From IMG/VR virus record IMGVR_UViG_3300029305_005387: a DNA stretch of 64,000 nucleotides; one strand, given 5' to 3'. The stretch is from a virus (lineage: Duplodnaviria > Caudoviricetes). Both the position numbers and the translations under genes were made by a program. Numbering within the stretch: position 1 is the stretch's first letter; each line of letters starts with the position of its first letter. The notes under the pieces are model-generated. The model was not told the DNA's origin, did not search any database, and saw only the letters and a list, made by a program, of their open reading frames with translations. Positions 28,702 to 39,300 of this stretch are shown here, piece by piece.

Positions 28702-29238
28702 TTAATCTGTATAACAGTTAACCCACTTATATTTCCACATATTTCCAGCACCTGTGATCACTGCATAATCCTGATATGGATGTTCCTGATGTTCTCTTGT
28801 GTCATGATTATTTTCTTTCAAGAAATCGATAAATTCCTCACGAGTAATGTCTCTGTCGAATGTAAAATCAATCATTCGATATCCGTCTCCATAATGAATA
28901 TGTTTAACAGAAGTCTTTTCGTCAATTACCTTGAAAGGAATCTTTTCAGGAACAACTTTTTCATCTTTAATACACTCAGATGTAGGAATTAAACTGTACA
29001 CGTTAATGAGATCATAAATAGAACCGGACTCTGTAATGATAGTAATGCCATTTTGTAACTTTTCGACATGAACAACTTTTGTTGTCAACCAGATACATTC
29101 GTTGTTAGTAATATCGATAAAACCAGCACGTTTGTAGTAGTCATCATGAACTTTGCTATTGGATTTAACTTTAAACAGTTTACCATTGAGAATCGCTTTG
29201 TCACCACTGAGTGGATTTTTAAGTGTATAAATATTCAT
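28702..29238 (-). CDS. Hypothetical protein (178 aa)
   Basis: RBS; early motif at 29273-29281. Confidence 0.75.
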   Translation of the reverse strand: MNIYTLKNPLSGDKAILNGKLFKVKSNSKVHDDYYKRAGFIDITNNECIWLTTKVVHVEKLQNGITIITESGSIYDLINVYSLIPTSECIKDEKVVPEKIPFKVIDEKTSVKHIHYGDGYRMIDFTFDRDITREEFIDFLKENNHDTREHQEHPYQDYAVITGAGNMWKYKWVNCYTD

Positions 29239-29303
29239 ATTTTATACCTACCTTTCTTATTATTCTATATTAATAATATATTAGAGAATTATAAGAATAT
29301 ACG

Positions 29304-30512
29304 TTAATCAACGTTGAAGTTCATATTGTCAAATTGTTTAATGTCTGCATTTCCTTTACACATGATATTGTATAGATATTCATCTTTCTTATACTTCTTA
29401 ACCATTTTGAATCCACATTTATTATACAAATTCATTGCTACTTCGTTATCAGATTTTACAAACACATATAGTCCTTTATTTGGATTCATTTCAAGAATAA
29501 TATCTTTATAAATTTCATCCAATAATAAACTTGCTAATCCTTTGTGACGATATGCTAATTTTGTTTCAACATCATGAATCAATATCCAGTCAAATCCAGG
29601 CATATCATAATCAACAAATTCTATTTTACAAATAATTTCTTTATCTTTCTTATTTATGATATTATATTCTCGACGAAATTTCAATATCATAACATCTTCA
29701 GCAGTGACGCTTTCTTTCAACACATCTATTTTCTTTCTTGGAAAATCTGGATCTTCGTTATTATTCTCATGATAATTAATATTTAAACGTGTATAGTCAG
29801 GCATTACAAGGTTTCCATTTTTATATTTAAATACTTTATAAGGATCACCAAACGTTGAAATATAAGTGTCTGCAGCTCGCTCCCAACATGTTTCTGATTT
29901 ATTTAGAACACTTTTTATTGGCGTATTAAAGAATACTACTAATGCATCAATTTCATCTGGACTAAGAATTCTAGTATTCTTTAAATGATGTGCTGAATAA
30001 GTAGCACTATTGAGGGAAATATATGCAATTTTATTTTTACCATTAATGAATTCAATATGAACATGTGGATCATTAGTTCCTTCATTACGTTGCATAACCT
30101 TTATTCTGAAACCGAATCCTTTACGTTTATAATACTCATCACACTTATTCATATCAGGAATAATTTCAGCCATTTCACCAAAGAAGAAATCATATCCATC
30201 AATATATTCAACATCGTTACTATTATAATTTACAATTAATTCAGCATTCTCTTTTGCATTAATCATTGTAGATTCATAAACATCCAGAAATTCATTTACA
30301 TATTCCATCAATGCTTCATTCTCTGGAACTTTGAATATTTCACTTTGATAAAACCATTTACGAACACCATCTTCAAATTCTAATAAATAAGCAGGTTCAG
30401 TTGATACTGAAGTGAGTTGATGATTTACTTTCGAAATGATTCCATATTTATCAAATGATTTACCATTACTTTTAATAGCTACTTTGTCTTTTAAATTGTA
30501 TTCTACTTTCAT
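29304..30512 (-). CDS. Multidomain protein: SH3-like, DUF4160-like, C-terminal GNAT acetyltransferase
   Basis: NEGTNDPHVHIEF; YRHKGLASLLL (GNAT motif A), NEVAMNLYNKCGF (motif B). Confidence 0.75.
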   Translation of the reverse strand: MKVEYNLKDKVAIKSNGKSFDKYGIISKVNHQLTSVSTEPAYLLEFEDGVRKWFYQSEIFKVPENEALMEYVNEFLDVYESTMINAKENAELIVNYNSNDVEYIDGYDFFFGEMAEIIPDMNKCDEYYKRKGFGFRIKVMQRNEGTNDPHVHIEFINGKNKIAYISLNSATYSAHHLKNTRILSPDEIDALVVFFNTPIKSVLNKSETCWERAADTYISTFGDPYKVFKYKNGNLVMPDYTRLNINYHENNNEDPDFPRKKIDVLKESVTAEDVMILKFRREYNIINKKDKEIICKIEFVDYDMPGFDWILIHDVETKLAYRHKGLASLLLDEIYKDIILEMNPNKGLYVFVKSDNEVAMNLYNKCGFKMVKKYKKDEYLYNIMCKGNADIKQFDNMNFNVD

Positions 30513-30617
30513 TTTATTATCCCTCTCTTAAAATATTTTTAATCATATTTCCCTTTGCCCAAAAATAATCATTTAGGATATATAAGATATATAAATATAA
30601 TATATAATTTAAGAATA

Positions 30618-30652
30618 ATTAAAGAAGGAGGGAAATTCCCTCCTTCTTTAAT
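30618..30652. terminator. 17-bp inverted repeat with 1-nt spacer
   Basis: ATTAAAGAAGGAGGGAA-A-TTCCCTCCTTCTTTAAT. Confidence 0.7.
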
Positions 30653-30656
30653 CCTT

Positions 30657-31517
30657 TTATTTATTAAACCAGTCTTTTAGCATTGATTGTGTTTTATTAC
30701 GAATGAATCTATCATTGATAGGCTGAACGTAAGTATTAGCTCCTTCGGTGATTACGACTGAATTACCTGTTGAAGTTAAACCAACAATATCTTTTTCGTC
30801 TAAACCAAAAGATTCACATATCCAATTGGCTTCTCTTGAATTAGCAGCAGCCATTTTTGCAAGTTCAGGTAAAAAGATAATTGTGCAACCAAGCTGTTTA
30901 GAAGCTTCTTCTACAGACTCCTGAATTGGTTGATTAATTTTAGCTTGTGCGAGTTTATGTGAGGGGTACAATACCCAGTCATATCCGATTAATTTTCGGA
31001 CTCGGACCACTGGTTTTCCATAAGTATTGTCAAGAGAGCCTAATACCCTAGCACTAAAGCATGGAATGATTTTTCCATCAACAATTTTAATAGCCATATT
31101 CATACCTGCATCAGTACCTGAATCTGTTTGAATAGATGCTTCAAGAAGATTACCAACGAGACGAGGTCTTCTAATATAATGAGAAGATCTTGTCATATCT
31201 ATATTTGATATACGTTGAATAGTTAATTCTTCACCTTGATATGCTGGAGTAGGATGATCAATCTCACCCATCCATGAATTTTGTTTCAACATAGATTGAA
31301 TATAATCATCATTATTGATACAATCCATAATATTTTGAGCTTCATAAATACGTCTATTTCTATTTTGATCACCAAAAGATTGAAGAACAGCATCAAATGT
31401 AAGGTAGAATCTATTACCTCTATCATGGACTTCATATCCAAAATTTCCAGCGTAGTCATCATCAAAAGAAGTCTGCTCATGTATATAGCAAAGTGTATTT
31501 AAATCAAGTTTTTGCAT
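30657..31517 (-). CDS. Prohead protease (T4 gp21-like)
   Basis: LQSFGDQNRNRRIY, GEIDHP, SHYI, FSARVLG, YDWVLYPS. Confidence 0.88.
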   Translation of the reverse strand: MQKLDLNTLCYIHEQTSFDDDYAGNFGYEVHDRGNRFYLTFDAVLQSFGDQNRNRRIYEAQNIMDCINNDDYIQSMLKQNSWMGEIDHPTPAYQGEELTIQRISNIDMTRSSHYIRRPRLVGNLLEASIQTDSGTDAGMNMAIKIVDGKIIPCFSARVLGSLDNTYGKPVVRVRKLIGYDWVLYPSHKLAQAKINQPIQESVEEASKQLGCTIIFLPELAKMAAANSREANWICESFGLDEKDIVGLTSTGNSVVITEGANTYVQPINDRFIRNKTQSMLKDWFNK

Positions 31518-31535
31518 ATTTATACACCTTCTTTC

Positions 31536-33605
31536 TTAACAACAATCCCATGTGAACATTACATGATCAAATCTATTTCTTGCAAGATCTTCTTTACTGA
31601 TGAAGAAGTTAGCAATACCACAATCGCCCCACATCATACCTGCTTCAGAATCTAACTGAAGTAATAGAATGCTATGTTTCTTATCGCGAGGGTCGAATTG
31701 TGTGAAGCTTGGATAGCCACCAAGTCTGGTTCCATAAGATTCATTAAGTTCACAATAAATCTTCCAAGCTACTTTATCTACTTCATTTGGAATCTGAGAC
31801 CATGTCTTCCAATCAGTTCCAAACTCAGCATTCAAATACTTACAGAGAAGATCTGAATAACTTAATTTATCACATTTACCATCAATTGTATACTCCGTAG
31901 AGCTCTGAATACCAATCTTCTGAACAGATGCAGTTGGATAATAAACACCCTGAATAGGTGCGTAATCATCTTCATCATACTTGTTATTAGTATCCTTCAA
32001 TCCAATTGTGGATCTAGGAGGAATATCAAGTAGATCAGTTGCATCAGTTTCTGTGTGATGAATCACCATACAATTTTCTTCATCTTGCCAGCATTCATCA
32101 GAATAAATAAAGAACTGAAGTAAACCTGTACTTGGATATCCTTCCAACTTAGGAAGTTCGGAAAGGTTCAACTGTGCAAGACAGATCATTGGTTTATCCT
32201 TTCCATACATAGGCCATTCTTTATCTTTAGGCCAATAAGGAATACCACCAATCTTTGTTACTTTACGCTTTTTAGGATCATCCTGATCGTGTTTAGATCC
32301 AGGAGTTAATCTAATAGATTTTACTGCAGTATCATCGAACATTTTCTGCATTGCTCGTTTACACTTTTCTTCAATTTCTTTCTGACTAAATTCAGATTTC
32401 TTAGAAGTAGCATTTTTGGAAACAAAGTTATGTTCGATGACTACAGATCTTCGGATATCTTCAATATCTCCTTTGGATCTATTTGCTTTATTACGGAAGT
32501 GGAATTTAGATGGTTTCTTTCCTTCGGTCACATAACCAAATACGGAACTTTCCAAAACGAAATCATCATCTTCATGTTTACTACTGATCTTAGGATTTTC
32601 TTTCTTAATTTCAGTAGCAGCTGCTTTTTCAGTTTCACAAAGTTCGGCACGAAGTTTTTCTGCTTTCTTTCTGTACTGCTCACAAACAGCCTGCTGTTTC
32701 TTGATGATAATTTCTTTCTTCTTAGGATCCATATTTTTCATATTCTCAAGCTGCTCAATATTTCTCTGAATAAATTCTACCTGCTGTTCAAGAGAAAGAA
32801 TTGTATCAGCTTTCTTCTTATAACGAAGATAAATGATAGAACGAATCAAAGGAATAATACCAAACATTGTATTTTTAATAGATTTAAAAATGTTTGCTCC
32901 AGCTTTTACAATTTTACCAGTACTATTGAATAGAGCAGAGATCAGTTCAATAGTATCTCCAATGGAAGCTTCAGTAAAAGAAGTGTATTCATTTACAGAT
33001 ATCTCTTTATTATTAACAGCGTTAATTAATTCTTCCAAATAATCTCTGTGTTTACTGTCTGTAAGCTGTTTAGCAAGATCTTTCAATGTTTTAGGAATAA
33101 TTCCAAATGTCGTAGCAGATTTCTTTTGAATACGAATCTCTGTACCATTACTAACAACATCCATATTGTTTGCCATAATCATGGATAAAGAAGTTACTAA
33201 AAGATATACGGAGTTTTCATATTCCAGAACTACCAAACGCACATTCTTATCATATGCATCAGTATATAAAGACTGATACCTTTCTAAAGACTCAAAAACT
33301 TTATCACATTCTTTAACAGATTCAAGAGTTCCTAAATTCTTCTTAAGGAAAGATAAAGCACTCTTGATATTTTCATATGCAGAAAAGTTTCTAATATTAC
33401 CTCTGGATTTAGAGATTCTTTCATCTTTAACCACATCTTTAGAAGCAATCTTCTCAATATCTGTGATAAAATTCTTCAAGTATGTAAGTCCAGTTTTTGT
33501 ATCTTTATCAACATTACTAGCTGCTTCCATATAAGCTGGACTAATTCTATTGGAAGTACCAGCAATAATTTCAAGATAATTATTACAAATAGAATACTGT
33601 TCCAT
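31536..33605 (-). CDS. Head structural protein fused to C-terminal YwqG/DUF1963 domain
   Basis: TKIGGIPYWP, LAQLNLSELP, GLLQFFI, LGGYPSFTQFDPR, LLQLDS, MWGDCGIANFFI, WDCC. Confidence 0.8.
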   Translation of the reverse strand: MEQYSICNNYLEIIAGTSNRISPAYMEAASNVDKDTKTGLTYLKNFITDIEKIASKDVVKDERISKSRGNIRNFSAYENIKSALSFLKKNLGTLESVKECDKVFESLERYQSLYTDAYDKNVRLVVLEYENSVYLLVTSLSMIMANNMDVVSNGTEIRIQKKSATTFGIIPKTLKDLAKQLTDSKHRDYLEELINAVNNKEISVNEYTSFTEASIGDTIELISALFNSTGKIVKAGANIFKSIKNTMFGIIPLIRSIIYLRYKKKADTILSLEQQVEFIQRNIEQLENMKNMDPKKKEIIIKKQQAVCEQYRKKAEKLRAELCETEKAAATEIKKENPKISSKHEDDDFVLESSVFGYVTEGKKPSKFHFRNKANRSKGDIEDIRRSVVIEHNFVSKNATSKKSEFSQKEIEEKCKRAMQKMFDDTAVKSIRLTPGSKHDQDDPKKRKVTKIGGIPYWPKDKEWPMYGKDKPMICLAQLNLSELPKLEGYPSTGLLQFFIYSDECWQDEENCMVIHHTETDATDLLDIPPRSTIGLKDTNNKYDEDDYAPIQGVYYPTASVQKIGIQSSTEYTIDGKCDKLSYSDLLCKYLNAEFGTDWKTWSQIPNEVDKVAWKIYCELNESYGTRLGGYPSFTQFDPRDKKHSILLLQLDSEAGMMWGDCGIANFFISKEDLARNRFDHVMFTWDCC

Positions 33606-33627
33606 TTATGTTTCCTCCTTTCTCGAC

Positions 33628-35418
33628 TTAACGATTCACCATTTTATTCAATTCTTTCATAATCTGACTATTGTCAGTTTTAGCAAGCTCAGCATCGATT
33701 GCTGCAAGAGACTGAACATCCCAGTCGTTATCACTGTCAGGGAATAATATTCTCATAGAACCTGCAGATCCATCTACAATTACGATACCAATCAAGAATA
33801 ACGTTTTTGCAAGTTTCTTAGCATTAGAAACTACACTCAAGTCAATACCTGTCTGATTGGTTAATGTGGTAACATCAGTCTGTGCAAGTACTAAAGTACC
33901 ATTTGGAATAGGTACGTGTCCATCAGTGAGTAATTGAGTAGGTTTCTTTAATAGTGAACCATGCGTTTTGTCATATTCACCAAGACGCTTTAATGTATTG
34001 ATCCAACGCTTATTGTAGTTAATATGTTTAGCAGCATCTGCTTTGAGACCTTTGATATTAAACATGTAATCCATGAAATCAATTTCTCCAGTTTTATAAC
34101 GTACTTTCTGAAGAGATTTGATATTACCAGTTACAAGTTCACGAAGATCTTCAGCTAAATCCTGAGTACGAATTAGATGCATAACACTCTTGATACCAAT
34201 GATGAATCTAACATCTCTTTCTAGTCCACCATTATTGGATTTAATGCGGAAAGTTGCTTCAATAGTGTAAGGAAGCATGTTGTTAATCTTCTTAATATCA
34301 CCGTCTCGAAGCATTTTAGGAGCATCAACAGCTTTAATTACGTCAGGAGCTTTTTTGATGAATTCTTTAGTAGAAGTAGTAACATCCTCACTTTTTTCTA
34401 ATCTACGAATTCGTCCAGCTGGATCAACATCATAATTTTTGATTTTACCATCTTTAATGTCAGCTTTTAATTTATCCAATTCTCTCTTTAATTTTTCTTC
34501 AGCATCATGCTTCTGTCTTAAACGACGTTCAATGGCTTCACGAACTTTTCTCTGATGAACAGCATCATCCTTATCTCCAGGCATAGATGCTTCTACTTCT
34601 GATTTAATATCACGAGCACTCATATCGATTGTTTTCCACTCACGATCAGTGAATCCGGCACGTTCACGAGCCATTTCTTCCAGTTCTTTCTCACTGACAA
34701 TTACCCCTTTAACGGTAACTTTTTTGCTTCTATCAGTAGTGGTATCTACATTATCAGCTTCTTTAAGATATCTGAAACCAGTAAGAGGTTCGTTCATTAA
34801 ACGAGCATTTTCCATGATAAGATTCTTATCTGTAGTAGGAACTCTACGAAATTCTACATTACAGATAGGACTGATCTGTTCAGAATAAAAAGCAGCTTCT
34901 TTCATAATGGAATCGATTTCATCAATTGGTTGATAAAATTCATTCATTAAAACAAAATCTGCAGATTCTTTAAGATTGGTATGGAACTTTTTCAAGAATA
35001 CAAGGTTATTAGCCTCATCCTCATCCAAAATAGGATTCTGAGAAAGAACTGTCTGAACAAGAGTTGTGTAAACTCTCTCAAACAATCCTGCAATAATTTG
35101 AGCTTCGTTAACTCTCAATGTTTGTGTTACATAAATAGGGAACTGAAGAACAGAGTTTCTGGATCTAGCGATAATGGATTTATTATCAATTCGATGTTTG
35201 TTCATACTTTGATCCAAATCACTAATTCTGTTAGCAACCTTATCAACACCATGATCCTGAACGGCTTTAGCTTTATCATATATGCCTTTATCCGCATCAT
35301 TCCATACGTCTTTGATTGCATCAACGTCTACATTACTAGCAGATTTTAGTACATCCCCAACCATTCCTTCAGAAAATACTTCAGTAGGTTGAGATGCATT
35401 ACCAAATAAAATAGCCAT
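33628..35418 (-). CDS. Probable head/virion structural protein
   Basis: First gene of the protease operon; FSE-G, LKE-S, LKE-A motifs; late promoter. Confidence 0.6.
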   Translation of the reverse strand: MAILFGNASQPTEVFSEGMVGDVLKSASNVDVDAIKDVWNDADKGIYDKAKAVQDHGVDKVANRISDLDQSMNKHRIDNKSIIARSRNSVLQFPIYVTQTLRVNEAQIIAGLFERVYTTLVQTVLSQNPILDEDEANNLVFLKKFHTNLKESADFVLMNEFYQPIDEIDSIMKEAAFYSEQISPICNVEFRRVPTTDKNLIMENARLMNEPLTGFRYLKEADNVDTTTDRSKKVTVKGVIVSEKELEEMARERAGFTDREWKTIDMSARDIKSEVEASMPGDKDDAVHQRKVREAIERRLRQKHDAEEKLKRELDKLKADIKDGKIKNYDVDPAGRIRRLEKSEDVTTSTKEFIKKAPDVIKAVDAPKMLRDGDIKKINNMLPYTIEATFRIKSNNGGLERDVRFIIGIKSVMHLIRTQDLAEDLRELVTGNIKSLQKVRYKTGEIDFMDYMFNIKGLKADAAKHINYNKRWINTLKRLGEYDKTHGSLLKKPTQLLTDGHVPIPNGTLVLAQTDVTTLTNQTGIDLSVVSNAKKLAKTLFLIGIVIVDGSAGSMRILFPDSDNDWDVQSLAAIDAELAKTDNSQIMKELNKMVNR

Positions 35419-35465
35419 ATTTACATCTCCTTTACGTGAATTACTTACTTATTTTAGTACAGTAT

Positions 35466-35477
35466 TAAGCTTCTGTT
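35466..35477 (-). promoter_or_regulatory. Late-type promoter AACA-N6-TA
   Basis: AACAgaagctTA. Confidence 0.6.
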
Positions 35478-35520
35478 TGATCCTATATTTTATAAAAGAA
35501 AAAAAATATAAAAGAAAAAT

Positions 35521-35550
35521 AAATGGGTCCATTAAATGATGGACCCATTT
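35521..35550 (-). terminator. Intrinsic terminator
   Basis: AAATGGGTCCAT/ATGGACCCATTT stem with T-rich tail on the minus strand. Confidence 0.7.
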
Positions 35551-35555
35551 TATTA

Positions 35556-36257
35556 TTAATTATGAAATACCTGATCATCTTCAGCACACCATTCTTCCAA
35601 TAGCATACTGTCTAGATCCTTCATATCCTCTTTACGAACATCAATACCATATTCTTTTAATCGTCGAATCTTTTCTTTCTTTGTCATCATTCTGATGATA
35701 GATTCTTTACCGTCTCTGGTAGTTGATTTAGTCTCCAACTCTTCTTTAGCAGCTGCTCTACGAATATCAACAGCATTATCCCAAATAATGTCTCTATCAA
35801 TATAAATTGATCCAGTTCTTCCTTTTGAAAATAACTCATTGAGATCAATCACTTCTATATCAAATTTTTTCTTCATATGTTTACATAAAACATCGATATA
35901 GAAATTTTCATTTTGATCACATATCATCATCACGTCATAATGATTAAGTAATGGATTGATTAATGCTTGATATATTAAGACGTCATAATGATTAACATGT
36001 TTCAATATTGTCCTATCTTCATCATTTAACATCTCTAAATACATCTTTTCAAAAAGAGTCTTATCTTGTGTTTCAGCATATATCATTATAGCTTCACTTT
36101 CAGGATATAGCTCACTCAATTTAACAACATTTCGTTGTTTACCTTGATTAGACACCTTAGCAGAAATAATAGCATATTGAATATTTCGCAATTCCATATC
36201 AGTAAAATGATCAATAGCATGAATTAAAAAATGTTGCCAGTCTATCCTATATATCAT
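35556..36257 (-). CDS. Hypothetical protein (233 aa)
   Basis: GGAGG RBS. Confidence 0.75.
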   Translation of the reverse strand: MIYRIDWQHFLIHAIDHFTDMELRNIQYAIISAKVSNQGKQRNVVKLSELYPESEAIMIYAETQDKTLFEKMYLEMLNDEDRTILKHVNHYDVLIYQALINPLLNHYDVMMICDQNENFYIDVLCKHMKKKFDIEVIDLNELFSKGRTGSIYIDRDIIWDNAVDIRRAAAKEELETKSTTRDGKESIIRMMTKKEKIRRLKEYGIDVRKEDMKDLDSMLLEEWCAEDDQVFHN

Positions 36258-36278
36258 TTACTACCTCCAATTTTATAA

Positions 36279-36314
36279 AAATACAAGGCAACCAATATTG
36301 GTTGCCTTGTATTT
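36279..36314. terminator. Perfect 36-bp palindrome
   Basis: AAATACAAGGCAACCAAT|ATTGGTTGCCTTGTATTT. Confidence 0.7.
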
Positions 36315-36329
36315 AGAAATTATTTTGTT

Positions 36330-39300
36330 TTAATTTTCTCGATTACCCTTACGACGGATAGGTGCGAAAGTTCTATGACCATCTGCTTCTGCTTCATCAA
36401 TCATACGCTGTGCTGCTGGAGAAATATTCATATTTTGATTATCTTCTTCCACCTGTACTGATTCAGCAGTTTCAACCTTATTACTATCATTGGATACATT
36501 AGGAACTACTACAGCAGGACGTCCAGGTGTTCCGAGAAGTGCCTCAATAGCAGCCTGTTCTGCAGCATTCATCTGTTCATCTGAACTGGTAACAAATTCT
36601 TCGCCCATTTCTTCTTCACCATCCTCATCATCACTTTCCATTACTTGAACGAAATCTTTGACATAATCTTCATCATGTACAAGATCAGGCATTGATAGTG
36701 TACGTCTAAGATGTGAAATTGCTCCATTGCCGATCTCATCACAAATAACAGTATTGATGCGATTAAGAGTTTCTTCATCATCAACAAGTTCATAGTCTCC
36801 ATCATTATCGATAACAAAGATTCCCATGAGATAATAAACACCAATGATTGCTTCACCAGTCTCTTCATTCATATCAAGAATAACCATATGAATCTGCTCT
36901 TCTTCAATTTCATCATCGTTAGCAGCATTCAACCAATACTCCGGATTTTTAGTTCTGAACATAATGTCTGGAGTAAAGTGAATCAACCAATCCCATTTAC
37001 CGTTACGATCGTCAGCAAGACTAGGAAGCTTCTTAGATGGATCAATCTCAGCAATGTTTACATACAGTGGAATGTTAATATCACCAGATGATTCAGATGA
37101 AATGATCTTTACAATATCCATACCGTCATCATCAGGATAAATTTCTACTGTCAAACTCTGAGCTGGCATTGTATCTTCATCATCTTCTTCAGACTCAACT
37201 TCTTCATCGAATTCATTCACTGCATTTGTGATCATCTCTGCTGAAAATGCCATCTGATCATCTTCAATGGCCTGTTTCATGACAGATTCATCAATGATCG
37301 TAGCATTGTTATTTACTTTACCAGCCTCAGCTAACATTGCATGAATAGATGCTTCATCTGCATTTTCTACAGGATTCTGTTGAATTTCTTCCTGAAGACT
37401 TTCTTCCTGAAGACTTTCTCTTAATTCTGTAGAAATGTATTCTTCCTCAGGTAAACACCATGTTTCCAATCCTCTTGCAACGATTTCTGCACCTGATTTA
37501 GAAATACTAAACTTCAGGCACAAACGATCTACAAATGTAGGAAGCCATTCTCTCTGGATACCTCTGTAATCAGGGAACATCTGATCATACTTTTCCATAA
37601 TGGATTTACAATCATCTGTCTGATTCAGATTACGATTATTCCAGAATCGTTCAATGAATACAAGTGTTGGGAAATAGTCAGCTGTGTAAATATCATCCTT
37701 CTTCAATATCCATTCTGTATGAGTGCCTGGTTTCTTAGGATTATTATTGGGAACTTCTACAGTATCACAATCCACGAAAGCTACCAAAGAACGGAAAATT
37801 GCATTCTGACATGCTCTATAGAATTTTTCCGGTAACAGCTTCTTATCTTTACAATAAGATTTCACATCATCGAACATTTCTGTTTGATGAAGATACTCAC
37901 TCATCTTGTTGGATAATTTACTTGTTGCATAATGAAATTTATCAATGAAATTATCAGGAAATACGATTTCTTCTTCCACAGGTTCTTCAGCTTCCAATTC
38001 AGCTGTTACAACAGTAGCTTCGATAAATTCTTCTTCTACTTCTACAGGTTCTTCTTCATTTTCTTCTACCTGTACTGATGGTGCAACAGTTTCTGTCGTT
38101 ACAGGATTTTCCACAAATTCATCTTCATCACCTGAATCTTCTGCTAAATCTTCAATGGACATATCAAAATGGTTTTCAGCTGGAATATGTTCTTCAGACT
38201 TACCATCATAAATCACATGTTCTTCTTCCTGTGGAACTTGAACCACTTCAGCTTCAACTACAGTTGCTTCTACAACTGTTGCCTGGATTACGTCATCACC
38301 CATTGTTCCTGCAAATGCAAGTCCATCATCAGATTCTTTAACAGCAGGCTCCTGTTGATCTGCCATCCATACCTTTACATTGATTGCTCTCTGGTTATTC
38401 ATTCTTTCCTGCACCATTCTTTGTGCGATTGTTGCTCTAACATCTTTAGCCATGTTATTATCCTCCTTATTGTTAATATATAAATTTTCATTTATACCAT
38501 TCATAGTGAAAGTATCTGGACCAATATTGATTACTTCTTCTTTCGGTTTTTCAACTACTTTCTTTTTAGTGACAAGATAATTACTCTTATTTGGATCCAA
38601 TGTTCTTAATACATTAGATTCTGTCATTTCATATCCCTCATCACTAAGGTCGCCAATTTCATGACGATGCATATCATTACCAATTCTTCCTCGTATGTCC
38701 TCAAACTTATATTTCTTCCCACATGAGGAACAATATAATTCTGTGAAATCCTTATTAGGAACTAACATCGAATTATTTTTGCAGCTGTGACATAATAGAA
38801 GATCAGAACCTACGTCATAGACATATGCGAAGTCTAGACATACAGGTTCTTCAGAACCAACTCGTTGGCCCCAGTTGGCATAGTTATTTGGTGTGATACC
38901 AACATCACCAATCAGGTATACTGAGCTTAATGACTGAAGTATTTCTCGAATTTCATCAGCATACTTATACATTTCAGTATACGAGTTAAATGGTTGAATA
39001 TACTCAGCCACTAACAATGTACCAGAAGTTGAAACTTCATATATCTTTGTTACATGTGGATATAGACGTTTCGCCATCTTGAATTCTTTAAGGTTATCAA
39101 TCTTTCCATCGTGGTCCGTTGCAACCTTAATAACATAACCATCTAACCTGAAAGCATAACGATTTGTTCCAGGTCCTAAAAGAACTACATCACTGATGTG
39201 AAACTCTCTCAGCAGGTTAATGATTTCGGATTGTTTTTCTTTATTACTGATATCCCTTCGCCTACTGAGAAGTTCGAACTTCACACGTAATTCAAAAGGT

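Noticed and set aside
37385-37419. 15-nt tandem duplication (ESLQE twice)
   Set aside because: In-frame slippage in a low-complexity region; no sign of function.
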